A DNA stretch of 64,000 nucleotides from Felis catus (taxonomy: Eukaryota), in assembly GCF_018350175.1 (NCBI RefSeq), contig NC_058368.1, positions 56,298,001 to 56,362,000 on the forward strand. The letters run 5' to 3'. The notes under the pieces were generated by a model. The model was not told the origin of the DNA. It searched no databases and saw only the letters and a program-made list of their open reading frames with translations. Shown here piece by piece: positions 38,669 to 52,029 of this stretch. Both the position numbers and the translations under genes were made by a program. Numbering within the stretch: the first letter of the stretch is position 1; each line of letters starts with the position of its first letter.

Positions 38669-39114
38669 CTTTTTTTTTTAATATGAAATTTATTGTCAAA
38701 TTGGTTTCCATACAACACCCGGTGCTCCTCCCAACAGGTGCCCCCCTCAGTGCTCATCACCCACCCTCCCCTCCCTCCAACTCCTTATCAACCCTCAGTT
38801 TTTAAGAGTCTCTAATGGTTTGGCTCTCTCCCTCTCTAACTTTTTCTTTTTTTTTCCTTCCCCTCCCCCATGGTCTTCTGTTAAGTTTCTCAGGATCGAC
38901 ATAAGAGTGAAAACATATGGTATCTGTCTTTCTCTGTATGACTTATTTCACTTAGCTAACACTCTCCAGTTTCATCCACGTTGCTACAAAAGGCCAGATT
39001 TCATTCTTTCTCATTGCCAAGTAGTATTCCATTGTGTATATAAACCACAGGTTTTTTTTTTTTTATCCATTCATCAGTTGATGGACATTTAGGCTCTTCC
39101 ATAATTTGGCTATT
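38669..39114 (-). mobile_element. 5'-truncated felid L1 (3' ~440 bp)
   Basis: Same 3'UTR type as 19225-19681; TSD gcatcattttct (38574-38585, 39115-39126). Confidence 0.95.
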
Positions 39115-41047
39115 GCATCATTTTCTAAGAGATTGTGTGTGTGTGTTGGGGGGGATCTAGGGAACAAGATTGCTATATTGCTCTAACTGAAAGATAAATT
39201 ATATGACTATATTGTATAGTAAAAGTGGCATTTATGGCATCTATCTTTATGCTAAAAACTGTCTCTGGAATTATATGAAAACTCAATTCATATAATACGT
39301 CAATTTGATTTATTTGTATACATTCCCTTTGGACATGGAAGCAATGCCCAATCCTGTAATCTTTAGATTGACCTATTTCCCTTTGAAAATTAATTTAAAT
39401 ATTTTCCTTATATTTGGACAAGATGCACTGTCTGCATGTTCTATATTTAATTCATTAATAAGTCTGAAGGAGGAGGAATGGGTATAAGGAGAAAATTTGA
39501 TTCCACCAGTGTGGAATTCTTGTGTCTTTAGTGCTGTTATGGGCTCTAAGAATATCTCATATGTTATATGATTCACTGTAATACATGCAAGTCAGTGTAT
39601 AAAAAAATGTTAGACAAATGAGAAAAAGTGTTATAGGCCAGATAAATTCTCTTGATATCATTGATTATTGATGGGTATCTGAAAAAATGACATGTTTATG
39701 TGATTATTACCAACTGAGACAGCCATATCTTTGGAAACTTCAACCCAAAACTAAATAATTGGCCCATGGAAACCAGTATTGTGTAGACAGTGTTGAAGTA
39801 GCTAGCAGTATTTCTAAGTGAAATTCATTTTGTCATATAACTTTTCAGATAGGCATTATTTGTTCAGTAAGAAAAGCACTTTCATTTAAGCATGGTTTAT
39901 ACATATTTTACAGGGGTGCTGTAACCTACTGTTTCCAGGATGCTGACTTTATAAACAGTTTCTATTAGAGAAGCAATTGATAGAAATACATCCATGCTTT
40001 CCTAAGCAAGTGCCTGAGGATGCAAAAGCGGGGGGTGAACATGAATAAGGGAGAGCCGACATGTGAGCTCACAAGGCGATAGAAGGAACATGACTATAAA
40101 TATTTTATGTGTCAGAAACCCATCTTTTCCTTCCTCCAAAAATAAAAATGTGTTTAAACCACAGTAAAAAAAATGCAACCTTTATTTTCTAATACATGTA
40201 GAGAATCTCTTCATTTTTCTTTTATAGACTTTACTTTTTACAGCAGTTTTAGATTCACATCGAAATTGAGAGGTACTGAGATTATCCATATATACCCTGC
40301 CTTCACACATGAATAGCCTCTCGCATTATCAGTATCACTCACCAGATGGTACCTTTTTTTCCCCCTTTCTCAAGAATGAACCTGCTTTGATACATCATAA
40401 TCACCCAAAGTCCATAGTTTACCTTAGGGCTCATTCTTGGTGTTGTACATTCTATGGGTTTGCACAAAAACACAATGGCATATACATATATTCATCATTA
40501 TAATAACATGCAACATATTTATTTTCACTGCCCTAAGAATCCCCTGTGATCCACCCACACCTCTGGCAATGATATTTTATTACCTCCATGCCTTTTTTTG
40601 TATTATCATATATTTGAAACTCTAGAAGATGTAGATTTTTCAGATTGGCTTCTTTCACTTAGCAATATGAATTTAAGGTTCCTCTGTGTCTTAATAGTTC
40701 ATTTCTGTTTAGCACTGAATAATATTCCATTGCCTGGATGTACCACAGTTTGAGCCACATCTTGGTTGTTCCCAAGTTTTGGCAGTTACAAATAAGCTGC
40801 TCATGTAAACATCTGTGTGAAAGTGCATGTGTGGTCATAAGTTTTCAACTCCTTTGGGTAAATACCAGGAAGTGTAATTGCTGGATCATATGATAAAGGG
40901 TATGTTTAATTTTGTAAAAAACAAACAAAAAACCCGCCAGACTGTTCTATAGTATTTTGTATTCCCACCAGCAATGAATGAAAATTCCTGTTGTTCCATA
41001 TGTTCACCAGCATTTATGTTGTCAATATTCCAGACTTTGGCCATTCT

Positions 41048-41280
41048 TTTTTTTTTTTTTTTTTAATTTTTTTTTTTCAACGTTTATTTATTTTTGGGAC
41101 AGAGAGAGACAGAGCATGAACGGGGGAGGGGCAGAGAGAGAGGGAGACACAGAATTGGAAACAGGCTCCAGGCTCTGAGCCATCAGCCCAGAGCCCGACG
41201 TGGGGCTCGAACTCACGGACCGCGAGATCGTGACCTGGCTGAAGTCGGACGCTTAACCGACTGCGCCACCCAGGCGCCCC
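41048..41280 (-). mobile_element. Young SINEC_Fc-type CanSINE
   Basis: Perfect TSD agactttggccattct (41032, 41281). Confidence 0.97.
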
Positions 41281-41424
41281 AGACTTTGGCCATTCTAATG
41301 TGTGTGTTGTACCATCTTGTTTTAGGTTGCATTTATTTGATGATATATATGATATATCTTCATATGTTTATTTGCCATAGTGTATCTTCTATGACAAGGT
41401 CTTAAGGTCTTTGGCCCATTTTTT

Positions 41425-41636
41425 TTTAAGTTTATTTATTTATTTTGAGAGAGAAAGAGACAGTGTGAGTGGGGGAAGGACAGAGAGAGAGAGAGAGAGA
41501 GAGAGAGAATCCCACTAGTCTCTGCATTGCCAGCTGCAGAACCCGATGTGGGGCTCAATCCCATGAACTGTGAGATCATGACCTTAACCAAAACCAAGAG
41601 TCAGACGCTTAACCGACTGAGACATCAAGGTGTCCC
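41425..41636 (-). mobile_element. CanSINE
   Basis: TSD tggcccatttttt (41412, 41637). Confidence 0.95.
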
Positions 41637-41808
41637 TGGCCCATTTTTTAATCAATTTGTTCATTTTCTTATTGTTGAGTTTTAAGAGTTCCTTGTATAC
41701 TTGGGGTAACAGTCCTTTATCAGATGTGCCCTTTGGAGATATTTTCTCCCAGTCTGTAGCTTGTCTTCTCATCTCTTGCCATTGTCTTTTACAGAAGTTT
41801 TTAATTTT

Positions 41809-42028
41809 TTTTAATTTTTTTTTTTTAATGTTTATTTATTTTTGGGACAGAGAGAGACAGAGCATGAACGGGGGAGGGGCAGAGAGAGAGGGAGACACAG
41901 AATCGGAAACAGGCTCCAGGCTCCGAGCCATCAGCCCAGAGCCTGACCCGGGGCTCGAACTCACAGACCGCGAGATCGTGACCTGGCTGAAGTCGGACGC
42001 TTAACCGACTGCGCCACCCAGGCGCCCC
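41809..42028 (-). mobile_element. Young SINEC_Fc-type CanSINE
   Basis: Perfect TSD cagaagtttttaatttt (41792, 42029). Confidence 0.97.
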
Positions 42029-43053
42029 CAGAAGTTTTTAATTTTAATGAAGTCCAGCTTATCAATTGTTTGTTTCATGGATCTTGCCTTTGGTATTGTA
42101 TCTAAAACTGCCTCACCATACCCAAGATAACTAGATCTTCTCCAATGTTATCTTATGAGAGTTTTGTAGTTTTTTGTTTTACATTTAGGTCTGTAATCCC
42201 TTTTGAGTTAATTTTTGTGAAGGATGGAAGTTCTATGCTTAGAAACATTTTTTGCATGTGTATGTCCAGCTGTTCCAGCACCATTTCTTGAAGAGACTTC
42301 CTTTGTTCAGTTGTATTACTTTTGTTTCTCTGCCAAAGATCAATTGACTGTATCATTCAATTTCTGGGCACTCTATTCTAATTATTGATCTGTTCTTTTG
42401 CCAATACCACACTGTATTGATTACTGTAGCTCTATAGTAAGTTGTGAAATCAAGTAGTTTATCCTTCAACTTTGTTCTACTTCAGAATTTTATTGACTAT
42501 TCTAGTTTTTTGGCCTTTCCATATTAACTTTAGAATGAATTTGTCAATATTCACAAAATAACTTGCTAGGGTTTTGGTTGAGATTGCATTGAATCTATAT
42601 ACCATATTGGGAAGAACTGACATTTTGAAAATATTGAGTTTTCCTATCCATGGACATGTGTATCTCTCTATTTATTTGTTTTTTCCTCTATCTCTATTTT
42701 AACAGCCACTCTTGGTAATGATATGGTGACCAATGTCTATTCCTTGTATTATATGATTTGCCCCATAAAGAGAATGTTTGAAAGTGTCATTTCCAGTTGC
42801 ATGAATGATGGTACTTTTCTCAAATACACATAAATTATTTAGACAGGATTATTTAGACAGTCTAGAAGTGAAATATAAAGATGGCTTGTCCAATTCACTG
42901 CAATGTAACATTTATTCTCCTCAACCCTGAAATGTTTAAAACTTGATTCTCTAACCATGTTTATGCCTCTTCAAATCTCATCAGTGTCATCAATTAAATT
43001 ATTCAAGGTTTCAAGTTGTCTAAATTGGTATTCATTACAAAATAAGTGGCTTT

Positions 43054-43210
43054 TGTTGGACTCTGTGCTGACACCTCAGAGCCTGGAGCCTGATTCGGAT
43101 TCTGTGTCTCCCTCTCTCTCTGCCCCTCTCCTGCTCCTGATCTGTGTGTATCTTTCTCTCAAAAATAAACATTAAAAGCAATTAAAAACAAATAAATATT
43201 AAAATATATA

Positions 43211-43267
<57 letters not shown>
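43054..43267 (+). mobile_element. 5'-truncated CanSINE with (TG)n(TA)n after the tail
   Basis: Begins at ggactctgtgctgac; no tRNA head. Confidence 0.88.
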
Positions 43268-43269
<2 letters not shown>

Positions 43270-43279
43270 TTTACCTGAT

Positions 43280-46200
43280 ATTTCAGTGGATCTATTTTGC
43301 ATTGTTAACTGGTTGTATTTATATAATTTGTGTGCTGGTAGTTTGTTCACTTTTTTCCTAGGTAAGGTATGTTTACTGCTGAAGAATAAACATAGCATAA
43401 GGTTACTATTCATTCCTTTATCTATGGGCATTTGGTTGTTTCCAGTTTCTTCTTATGAATAAAAACGATATCAATATTTTTGTACTTGACTTTTGTGTGG
43501 CTATCTGTTTTCAAACTTAGCTGCTTGGCAAAACAGCAAAGAATTAAATTATTGAGCTATTTGGTGACTGTAGAATATACAGGAAAGGTATACAAGAAAC
43601 TGCAAACCTGTTTTTCAAAGTTTTACTGTCTTATATACTTACAGACATAACTGAGAATAGAATCATAGTGCTTCCTTCTGGCCAACACGTGGTATTTTTC
43701 ATACTTTTAATTTTAACTATTGTACTGGGATTGAAGTATAATATTTTGGTTTTAGTTTGTTTCTTGATGACTAATGACAGTGAGCTCCTTTTCTGGCGAT
43801 TACTGGACATTCATATCTTTTTAGCTGATGTATCAATTCAAGAGTTTTGCTCAGTTTTCTTGGGTTGTCTGCCTTTTTATCACTGATTTGTAGGACTTTT
43901 TAAGGTGTTGCTTACGACTCTTTTGTTGAATACATGGTGTTAATATTTTCTTCCAGTCTGTTTATATTAAATGCATATTACAACAACACAAGATTTTTAT
44001 TGCGAACAATCAAGTTTCTATATTTCTTCTAGTATTAATGATTTCTGGTTTCTATTACTTTATATGTAACTACCAATTTCTATATGTAAAAGATAGTAAT
44101 ATAGTATCCTTTGTTTTCTTCTAGAATTTTTACATTTAGTCAAAATTTGGTTAGAATTTAGGTCTGTGATCAATGTCAAATTAATGTTTTCCAATGTTGT
44201 GAGGAATGGATAAAAAAAAATTTATTTTTTCTTACAGATACCCAGCTTTTCTACCACCATTTTTTTTAACTATGCTTCCTGCATTATTTTACCTTGATAC
44301 CTTTGTTTAAAATCAATTAACTACATATCTGAAGGTCTATTTCTAAATTCTTTTTTCTATTCCATTAATCATTATGTATATCCTTACACAAATGCTATAC
44401 TGTTTTAACTATTATAAATTCATATAAATTCCTGAGATCAGGTCATAAAAATCCTCCAACTTTTTTAAGGTGCATTTTGGCTGTTTTGTGACTTCTTCGT
44501 TTCCATATAATAAATATAGTCATCAATTTCTACACAGATTTCTAGAATTTTGATAATGGTATTCAATACATAGGTCAATTTAAGGAAAATTGACATCTCA
44601 AGAGTTTGTCTGCACATTTACATAGGCTTTCTCTAATGTTCCCTGCAACAGTTTCTACTTGTGCTAACATTTAAAAATATTTTGCTAATATTTATTTGTA
44701 AGCACCATATGTTTGAAATATATAATTGGTGTAATAAATAAAAATTTCCAATTCAGTTTTAGTATACAGAAATGCAATGGAATTTTCTATATTGACCTTT
44801 TATTTCCCTTCCTTATTGCATTCACTTAATTAGATCTTGTTTTTTTGATAGATTTCTTCAGATTTTTAACATAAAGATGATGTCTTTGAAAATATTTTTA
44901 CATTATGTTCTATTTGTTCTTTCTTTTTCTTTTTGTTGCACCTAGATTTCAACTGCAACATTAAAAACAATAAAGCACAGTAGAAATTCTAAACTTGTTT
45001 TGCTTTTAAATAATGTATTCAAATTTTAATAGATACAGGGATTTTCAACTGTTCTATTTCTCCTGTCTTCGTCTTTATAAGTAGTGCCTTTCAATGGATT
45101 TTGCTATCTCAACTAACTTGTTAGAATGTACTAGTAGTACTACATTGTTTATAATAGGATTTTAATATAATTTTAATGACATTTAGACATGTGTTTCATT
45201 TTATTTTCCCTAAGTGTAAATGAATGTTTCCTAGCTTTGTTATTATTTTTGAGAACAACACACATTGGTTTTGTTAATATTCTTTTTTTCTTTCCTTTGA
45301 TTTTAATTTTATTTCACTTTTATTATTTCCATTTTTCTCTTATTTTGATTTAAATTTGCTTTTATTTTGAATTGTTTAAAATGAAAGCCTAGATCATTTA
45401 TTTTAAACCTTTCTTATTTTTTACTATAAACTAATAAAGCTATAAATTTTTCTCTAACAATTTTTAGTAATATTATATATATTATGTTTAATATTATTAT
45501 ATTTGGTATATTTTCTAATTTTTTAAAAATAATTTTTGTTTAATTGCATGATTTACTTAAAGTAATATTGCATAACTTTTCATTATTTATGACTATTTCT
45601 GGGTAAATTTGATTTGTTTTCCAATTTAATTAACTTTTTTCCAAGGAACATAGTACAATTCCAATTTTATTTTTACTTTTAAGATTTAGTTTATGGTCCG
45701 GCATATTATCTATTTTCATCAGTATTTTATGTGTCCTTAAAAATTATATGTATTCTACAAATATTTGATAGTGTTCTAGAAATATCATTGAGATCAGGTT
45801 GGATTATAGAATACTTCAAGTCTTCTATATCTTTAAAAAAGTTTTTTTTTTTTTAAGTTTATTTATTTTGGGAAAGAGACAATGCAAGTAGGATAGGCGC
45901 AGAGAGAGAGAGAGGGAAGAGAGAGAATCCCAAGCAAGCTCCACACCGTCAGTGCAGAGCCAATGTGGGGCTCAAACTCATGAACATGAAATCATGACCT
46001 GAGCCAAAACTAAGAGTCAGACACTTAACTGACTGGCCCTCAGGTGCCCCTAAGTCTTCTATATCTTTACTGATTTTTTTGTGGTTTTGTTTTGTTTAAT
46101 TACGGTTATGTATTGTTTACTAAAAGAAGAATATTCTTTTCCCCAACTTGACTGTGGATTTTTTATCACTTTACTTCAGCCAGTTTTTATTTTATATGTT

Positions 46201-46440
46201 TCAAAGCTGTTATTTTGTGCATAAAGTTGATGTTTATTATTCTCTCTTGATGAAATTTCTTTTATTGTAAACAATTTCTCTTTTTCTATGTTACATCTCT
46301 ACGTGCTGTGATCTGCATTGTCTATTTTGGTATTGCCACATCAGTATTTTTTGTGTTTAGAGTTAGCATGTTATGTCACTTTCCATTCTTTAACTTTCAA
46401 ACTGTCTTTATATTTATAGTGCCTCTTTTATATAAAGAAT
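43280..46440 (-). mobile_element. Ancient L1M ORF2/3' fragments
   Basis: Antisense L1 motifs (gggcatttggttgtttccagttt, ttcttgatgactaatgac, tttaggtctgtgatcaat, aaaatcaattaactacatat). Confidence 0.7.
45836..46050 (-). mobile_element. CanSINE
   Basis: TSD aagtcttctatatcttta (45818, 46052). Confidence 0.95.
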
Positions 46441-46658
46441 ACAGCTGCTCCCCCTGAAAGTAGAGTGGAGAGTGCCCTCATGGAAACATAGGTCTTATTC
46501 AGTGCTTCTTTAGAGTGTTATACCTTCTTTAGTTGGTGAATGTTTTTAGTTGCTCTCCAATGTCTTCAAACAAGATTCCCCATAGCAGAGTTTATAATTT
46601 TTATATGTAACATATTAAGTCTAATACAAGTTACTTTGCCATTAGAAGCTCAAAAACG

Positions 46659-46882
46659 GGGGCGTCTAGGTGGCTCAGTCGGTTAAGCATGTGACTTCAG
46701 CTCAGGTCACAATCTCCTGGTTTGTGGGGTTCGAGCCCTGTGTTGGGCTCTGTGCTGACAGCTCAGAGCCTGGAGCCTGCTTCTGATTCTGTGTCTCCCT
46801 CTCTCTCTGGCCCTCCCCCGTTCATGCTCTGTCTCTCTCTGTCTCTCAAAAATAAATAAACGTTGGAACAAAATTTGAAAAA
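46659..46882 (+). mobile_element. CanSINE
   Basis: TSD agaag(c/t)tcaaaaa(c/t)g (46644, 46883). Confidence 0.95.
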
Positions 46883-47261
46883 AGAAGTTCAAAAATGTTT
46901 TAGATTTTTGTTTTTGAGTATTTATATACTCCATTTGGAATATTACTTATTAGTAGGCACATATATAGAATACAGAGAATCATTTAAAGATATTTCAGGT
47001 ACATGTTGATTACATACATATGTAAACTTTCTACTTTTAGTTTTATATTCCTTACAAGCAGATTTAATTATTAAAGTTTTATTAAGTGGTATGACATTCT
47101 CAGAAAAAGTTCTTTCTATATACAAAACATAATATTTATAAAATGCATTTCTGGGTTCTACAAATTTAGATTTGAAGTTTTCTCAAATAATTAGCAATAC
47201 ATTTAATTTTCTCAGAAACCAATGAAAATAATTGTACATAAAGATATAAACATTATTGTTT

Positions 47262-47483
47262 CTTTTTTTAATTTTTTTTTCAACTTTTATTTATTTTTGG
47301 GACAGAGAGAGACAGAGCATGAACAGGTGAGGGGCAGAGAGAGAGGGAGACACAGAATCAGAAACAGGCTCCAGGCTCTGAGCCATCAGCCCAGAGCCTG
47401 ACGCGGGGCTCGAACTCACGGACCGCGAGATCGTGACCTGGCTGAAGTCGGACGCTTAACCGACTGCGCCACCCAGGCGCCCC
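47262..47483 (-). mobile_element. Young SINEC_Fc-type CanSINE
   Basis: Perfect TSD taaacattattgttt (47247, 47484). Confidence 0.97.
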
Positions 47484-47519
47484 TAAACATTATTGTTTTA
47501 ATTCAAGCAGATAAATATA

Positions 47520-47768
47520 TTAGTGTGTAAATGTAAATTACAGACCAGTTTAGAAAACCATTTAGTAGTTTGTCAAAAAAATAAAAGTTATAAAAAAGGG
47601 GGGGGAGCAGGTGCCTGGGTGGCTTCATTGGTCAAGAGTCAGACTTCAGCTCAGATCATGATCTCACTATTTGTGGGTTTGACCCTGTATCGGGCTCCAT
47701 GCTGACATTGTAAAGCCTGCTTGGAATTCTCTCTCATTCCCTCTCTGTGTGCCCGTCCCCCACTCGTA

Positions 47769-47815
<47 letters not shown>

Positions 47816-48380
47816 AAAAAAAAAAAAAACCTTAAAAAAAATATAAAATTACCATATGACCCATCAATTCCACTTGTTGGCATGTAACTAAGAGCAATGA
47901 AAATATACATCACAAAGAAATGCATGTGCATGTTCACAGCAGCATTATTCATAATAGCCAGAAATTAGGAACTGTACAAATATTCATCATCTAATGAGCA
48001 GATGTACACAATGTGGTATATTAATAAAATAGCATATTGTTTATCATTGAAAAATAACAAACTACTGACACATACTACATCCTAGATGAATGTCAACTTT
48101 ATGTTAAATCAAAGAATCCAGATGTAAGGGACAGTGCATTGCATGATTCCATTTATATCATATAACCAAGAAAATTTATAGAGGCAGCACATAAGTGGGT
48201 ACCTAGGGCACAGAATAGAGATTTACAGTAAATGGGCTTATGGAATATGACTGTTTTAGAATTGATTTATATTAATGGTTACACCACTCAAGATAGTTAC
48301 TGTAAGTCACTTGAAATGAGTCAGTGGAAATAGGTGAACTTTATGATACATACAATACTTTTAGTTAAGCTGTTTAATAA
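47520..48380 (+). mobile_element. Old L1M 3' end fragment
   Basis: aaattaccatatgacccatcaattccactt...atgttcacagcagcattattcataatagcc...gcatgattccatttata. Confidence 0.8.
47608..47840 (+). mobile_element. CanSINE nested in L1M
   Basis: ggtgcctgggtggcttcattggtc...long (CT)n, A tail. Confidence 0.92.
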
Positions 48381-48929
48381 GAAACAAGTGAAATAGAAAC
48401 ATAATGAAATAAAATACACTAATCAAAATTGATTTGATGATAATAATCAAGTGTATTATTGAAACTTGAAAACGTTGTGAAAAGGCAGATTTTGTATTTT
48501 CAAGTAAGTTCAAATACATTTTATGATGAGCAAAGAGGATAATGCTAAATATAGCGTATGACCTTCTGGATAAATAGGTGCGATAACCCAAACTATACCT
48601 TCCTCCCCTGAAGGAAAATTTAAAAGTTGCTAAGCCTACTGGGAAATTAAATAGCCTCATTTAGTTTTCATCTTTTTTCTCTTTTCATGCCAAATCTCTA
48701 ATGAAAGTGCTAAAGAGCAATGAAATGGCCAAAGGCAGGAAGCCAGAGAGAAAGAGAGGGGATAAAGAGCCAAATAGGCAACCTTTAAATAACTGAGTTG
48801 ATTGATTGATCAACCCATTTAGACAATTATCTTAATAGCTCTGTTTGTTAAAAATTTTCTGGTGGGCTTGCCAGAGACTCCAAAATAGCTGTGATTCAGA
48901 AACAGTATGAGTAGTGTTTAAGTGCAGAA

Positions 48930-49095
48930 GATGGGGAGTCAGACAATTTTGATTTAAATAGAGTCTCCATAAATTCTGATCTGTGCAACCTGTCCCAGGT
49001 ACAGGTCCAATTCATATTGATGTATGGATTTAATGAGGTCATACATGTAAAAGACTTACCACATAACCCTGTGCATTGTATTTGCTCAATATACA
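48930..49095 (+). mobile_element. MIR SINE
   Basis: ggagtcagac...taatgaggtcatacatgtaaaagactta...tttgctcaata. Confidence 0.6.
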
Positions 49096-49674
49096 ATCAT
49101 GGAGTTAATTAATATGGCATATTTTAGGGTATCATTCAAGAGGAAAGCAGAGTAGACCACATATATGGAATGTCAGTATAGTGACAGAAAGGCTGTTATT
49201 CAAAATAGTGTTCAGTTTGGAGGGGAAAAGTCTTATTGATTGACTACTTGGTCCATATAACTGACCAATATAGCCCAAGTAATTGAATACATTTTCCTGT
49301 AAACCCAGGCTTTTCATTTGTTATGCTTAAAATAGTAACATATTACATAATATAAAATTACAGGATTAATGAACTAGTAATTGGGCAATAAACTCTTTCA
49401 AAAAGGAAAAGAATGTGTACCTATACACTTCTGTCATGTTTCTCCTTACCTTATAGGTCAAAATTATTCATTAAGTAACTGTTTATCTTCCAAATAGGTT
49501 AATGCTAGGGTCAGGTTTTGTGTTAAGGTACACAAATGAATACATTAGATAATCTGAAGACTATATGATGCCTTCTTTGCTAAATAAATGTATAGACAGA
49601 AATGGCAGGAATAAAGGAGGAATAAGAAGCGGAAACTTAGGTGGGCAAGAAAAAGCTCCCTTTAGGATAGAGAT

Positions 49675-49891
49675 CTTTAAGCTTTTTCTGATAATGGTCA
49701 CATAGGAAATATTTCAGGCTTTACACACCACGGAGTATCTGTCAGAACTATTCAATTCTGCTGTTGTATCATGAAAGCAGCTACAGACAGGATATTTTTT
49801 TAAAGAAAAAATGGATGTGACAGTGTTCTAATAAATCATTATTAACAAAAATAGGCCCGATTTGGCCTAAGTGCCATCACTTGGTCACCTG
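49675..49891 (+). mobile_element. hAT-Charlie MER58A-like
   Basis: aggaaatatttcaggcttt...aactattcaattctgctgttgtatcatgaaagcagctacagaca...gtgttctaataaa...gatttggcc. Confidence 0.8.
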
Positions 49892-49960
49892 TCTAGGGGA
49901 AGCTACTTGAATGAGAGATTAAGGGATGTGAGAGACAATTAAGGTTGGAAAAATGATATG

Positions 49961-50406
49961 CGGTAGTCTCCCTCTATCCACAGGGGATACATTCCAACCC
50001 CCCTCCCCATGGGTGCTTGAAAGAACAGAGCACCGCACCCTGTATAGATTATGTTTTTTCCTATACGTGCATACATACATACCTATAATAATGTTTAATT
50101 TATAAATTTGGCACAATAAGAGATTAAGAATAATAATAAATAAAATAATTATAACAATATCCTGCAGTAGAAGTTATGTGAATGTGGTCTCTCAAAATAT
50201 CTTATTGGGCTGTACTTACCCTTTTTGTGATGATGGGAGATGATAAAATGCGTACATGATGAGATAAAGTGAGGTGAAGGGCATAGGTATGGTGATGTAA
50301 CATTAGGCTACTTCTGACCTTGACAAAATGTCAAAAGGGGGATCATCTGCGGCTGGACCTGGGTTTACCACAGGTAACTAAAACTGAAGATAAGGAGGGA
50401 CTAGTG
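49961..50406 (-). mobile_element. TcMar-Tigger MER44-like element
   Basis: Degenerate TIRs cggtagtctccctctatc / gataaggagggactagtg; internal tttaatttataaatttggcacaataagagattaa, gtgaatgtggtctctcaaaatatctta. Confidence 0.85.
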
Positions 50407-50513
50407 TAACTAAATAGCTTGAAATTTGAAAGTGTTCAACGTTAATGAAAACGTTAAATACATTTAAGTACAGAAAAAAAATAATTGGATTGTATTTCAG
50501 AAAGACCACTGTT

Positions 50514-50730
50514 AGAGCGCCTGGATGGCTCAGTCAGTTGAGCATCTAACTTCTGCTCAGTCCATTATCTCACAGTCCTCAGAGCCCTAAGTCAGGCTCT
50601 GTACTGACAGCTCAGAGCCTGGAGCTTCAGATTCTTTGTCTGTCTCTCTCCCTGCCCCTCCCCAGCTCACTCTGTCTCTCTCTCTCTCTCAGTCTCTCTT
50701 AAAAATAAATAAATAAACTTAAAAAAAAGA
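50514..50730 (+). mobile_element. CanSINE (first of tandem pair)
   Basis: gagcgcctggatggctcagtc...aataaataaa. Confidence 0.92.
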
Positions 50731-50752
50731 GAGACAGAAAGATAAAGAGAAT

Positions 50753-50969
50753 GGGGCACCTGGGTGGCTTAGTCAGTTAAGCCTCTGACGTCAGCTCAGG
50801 TCATGATCTCACGGTTTGTGAGTTCAAGCCCCGCTTCGGGCTCTGTGCTGGACAGCTCAGAGCCTGGAACCTCTTCAGATTCTGTGTCTCCCTCTCTCTC
50901 TGCCCCTCCTCTGCTCGTGCTCTGTATCTCTGTCTCAAAAATAAATAAAAAGATTTAAAAAAAAAAAAA
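50753..50969 (+). mobile_element. CanSINE (second of tandem pair)
   Basis: ggggcacctgggtggcttagtc...A tail. Confidence 0.95.
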
Positions 50970-50971
50970 GA

Positions 50972-51536
50972 CAACCAGAGGAAAGGAGCAAGCACAGAGC
51001 AGTTTCTTAAAGTGAAAGTACACTCTCCAACATGGAAGAACAGGCTGGTTCTGCTGGGTGGAACCAGCTGCTAGGTTGTTTTGGAATTGGATGTTATTGG
51101 GTCTCTGTGGGCTGGGAGGAGCTGTGATGTACAGCAGGGTAGTCTCTAATGGAGGCTGTTTCCAATCATTTGGGAGACTCCTCCCACATGTTGGGAGGGG
51201 GAGTTGTTGACCCTACCAGGGAACCTTCATGGGAGCCTTTTTCCATAGGGCAGGGCTGTACCCACAATGAAAATGTATTACAGTGAGTCTAGGCATTACC
51301 CTGGGCAGAGATGGAAGAGGAGAGTGCATGTTCCATATCTGTGGCCCTTTAGTCTGTCAGCCCCAAGGTCTTGGAAGCCACTAGGTCAGGATGTTGTGCT
51401 CCAGGGCTTTTAATGTGTAGCTGATTTATTAGTGCCCTTGCCTCCAGCTCCTGTCTCTGTCATTCCCCTCTGTCAAGGACTTGGGACTCTACCTCAGAGT
51501 GATCCTCAGAATCTCATGTCTAGCCCCTACCTAACA
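50972..51536 (-). mobile_element. Probable ERV1-class LTR (family not assigned)
   Basis: GC-richer block with aaagtgaaagtacactc motif, ending cctacctaaca (TGTTAGGTAGG on minus strand). Confidence 0.55.
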
Positions 51537-52029
51537 TATATATTATAAACTATATATATTATTTACATATATAGTTAACCAACTCTTAAAACCTATGATT
51601 TAGTATATAGAAACCCATAACTTTCCTATTTAGGTCTTCTAATAGTGTCTGTTGCTTTCATCAGGTACAAGAATAATTTGTAGTTTTACCTAGTAAAACC
51701 TTGTAACTTTTCTTGCTGTTGTTATTATTGGTTTGTTTTCAAGCTTAGTAAGCTGCAAAATAACCCTTATCAAATAGGTGTTATCAAAAATGTAATACGA
51801 AATTAATCATTCTGAATCAGAATTTTATGAGCTGAATTGAACAGGTTAAATATTTCATTAATCTCTGGTGGTAATATTTCTCCCAGAAATTCATAATTCA
51901 AAATACCCAATATTCAGCTTGCCTTATGCTCCCTCATCAGTTAGGGATCGTCTAATAATAATTTTAGCAATACATCTCAGTTTATAAACATATAAAGGAT
52001 GAAAAATCAAACAAAATTAGTTACCCTAA

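Larger units (their letters stand above)
40215..42690 (-). mobile_element. L1MC1-like LINE 3' region with three nested SINEs
   Basis: Characteristic 3' end (tagactttactttttacagcagttttagattcac...catcataatcacccaaagtccatagtttac) followed by antisense ORF2. Confidence 0.85.

Noticed and set aside
51941..52029. ttaggg/ccctaa as interstitial telomere
   Set aside because: Single hexamers only, with no array.
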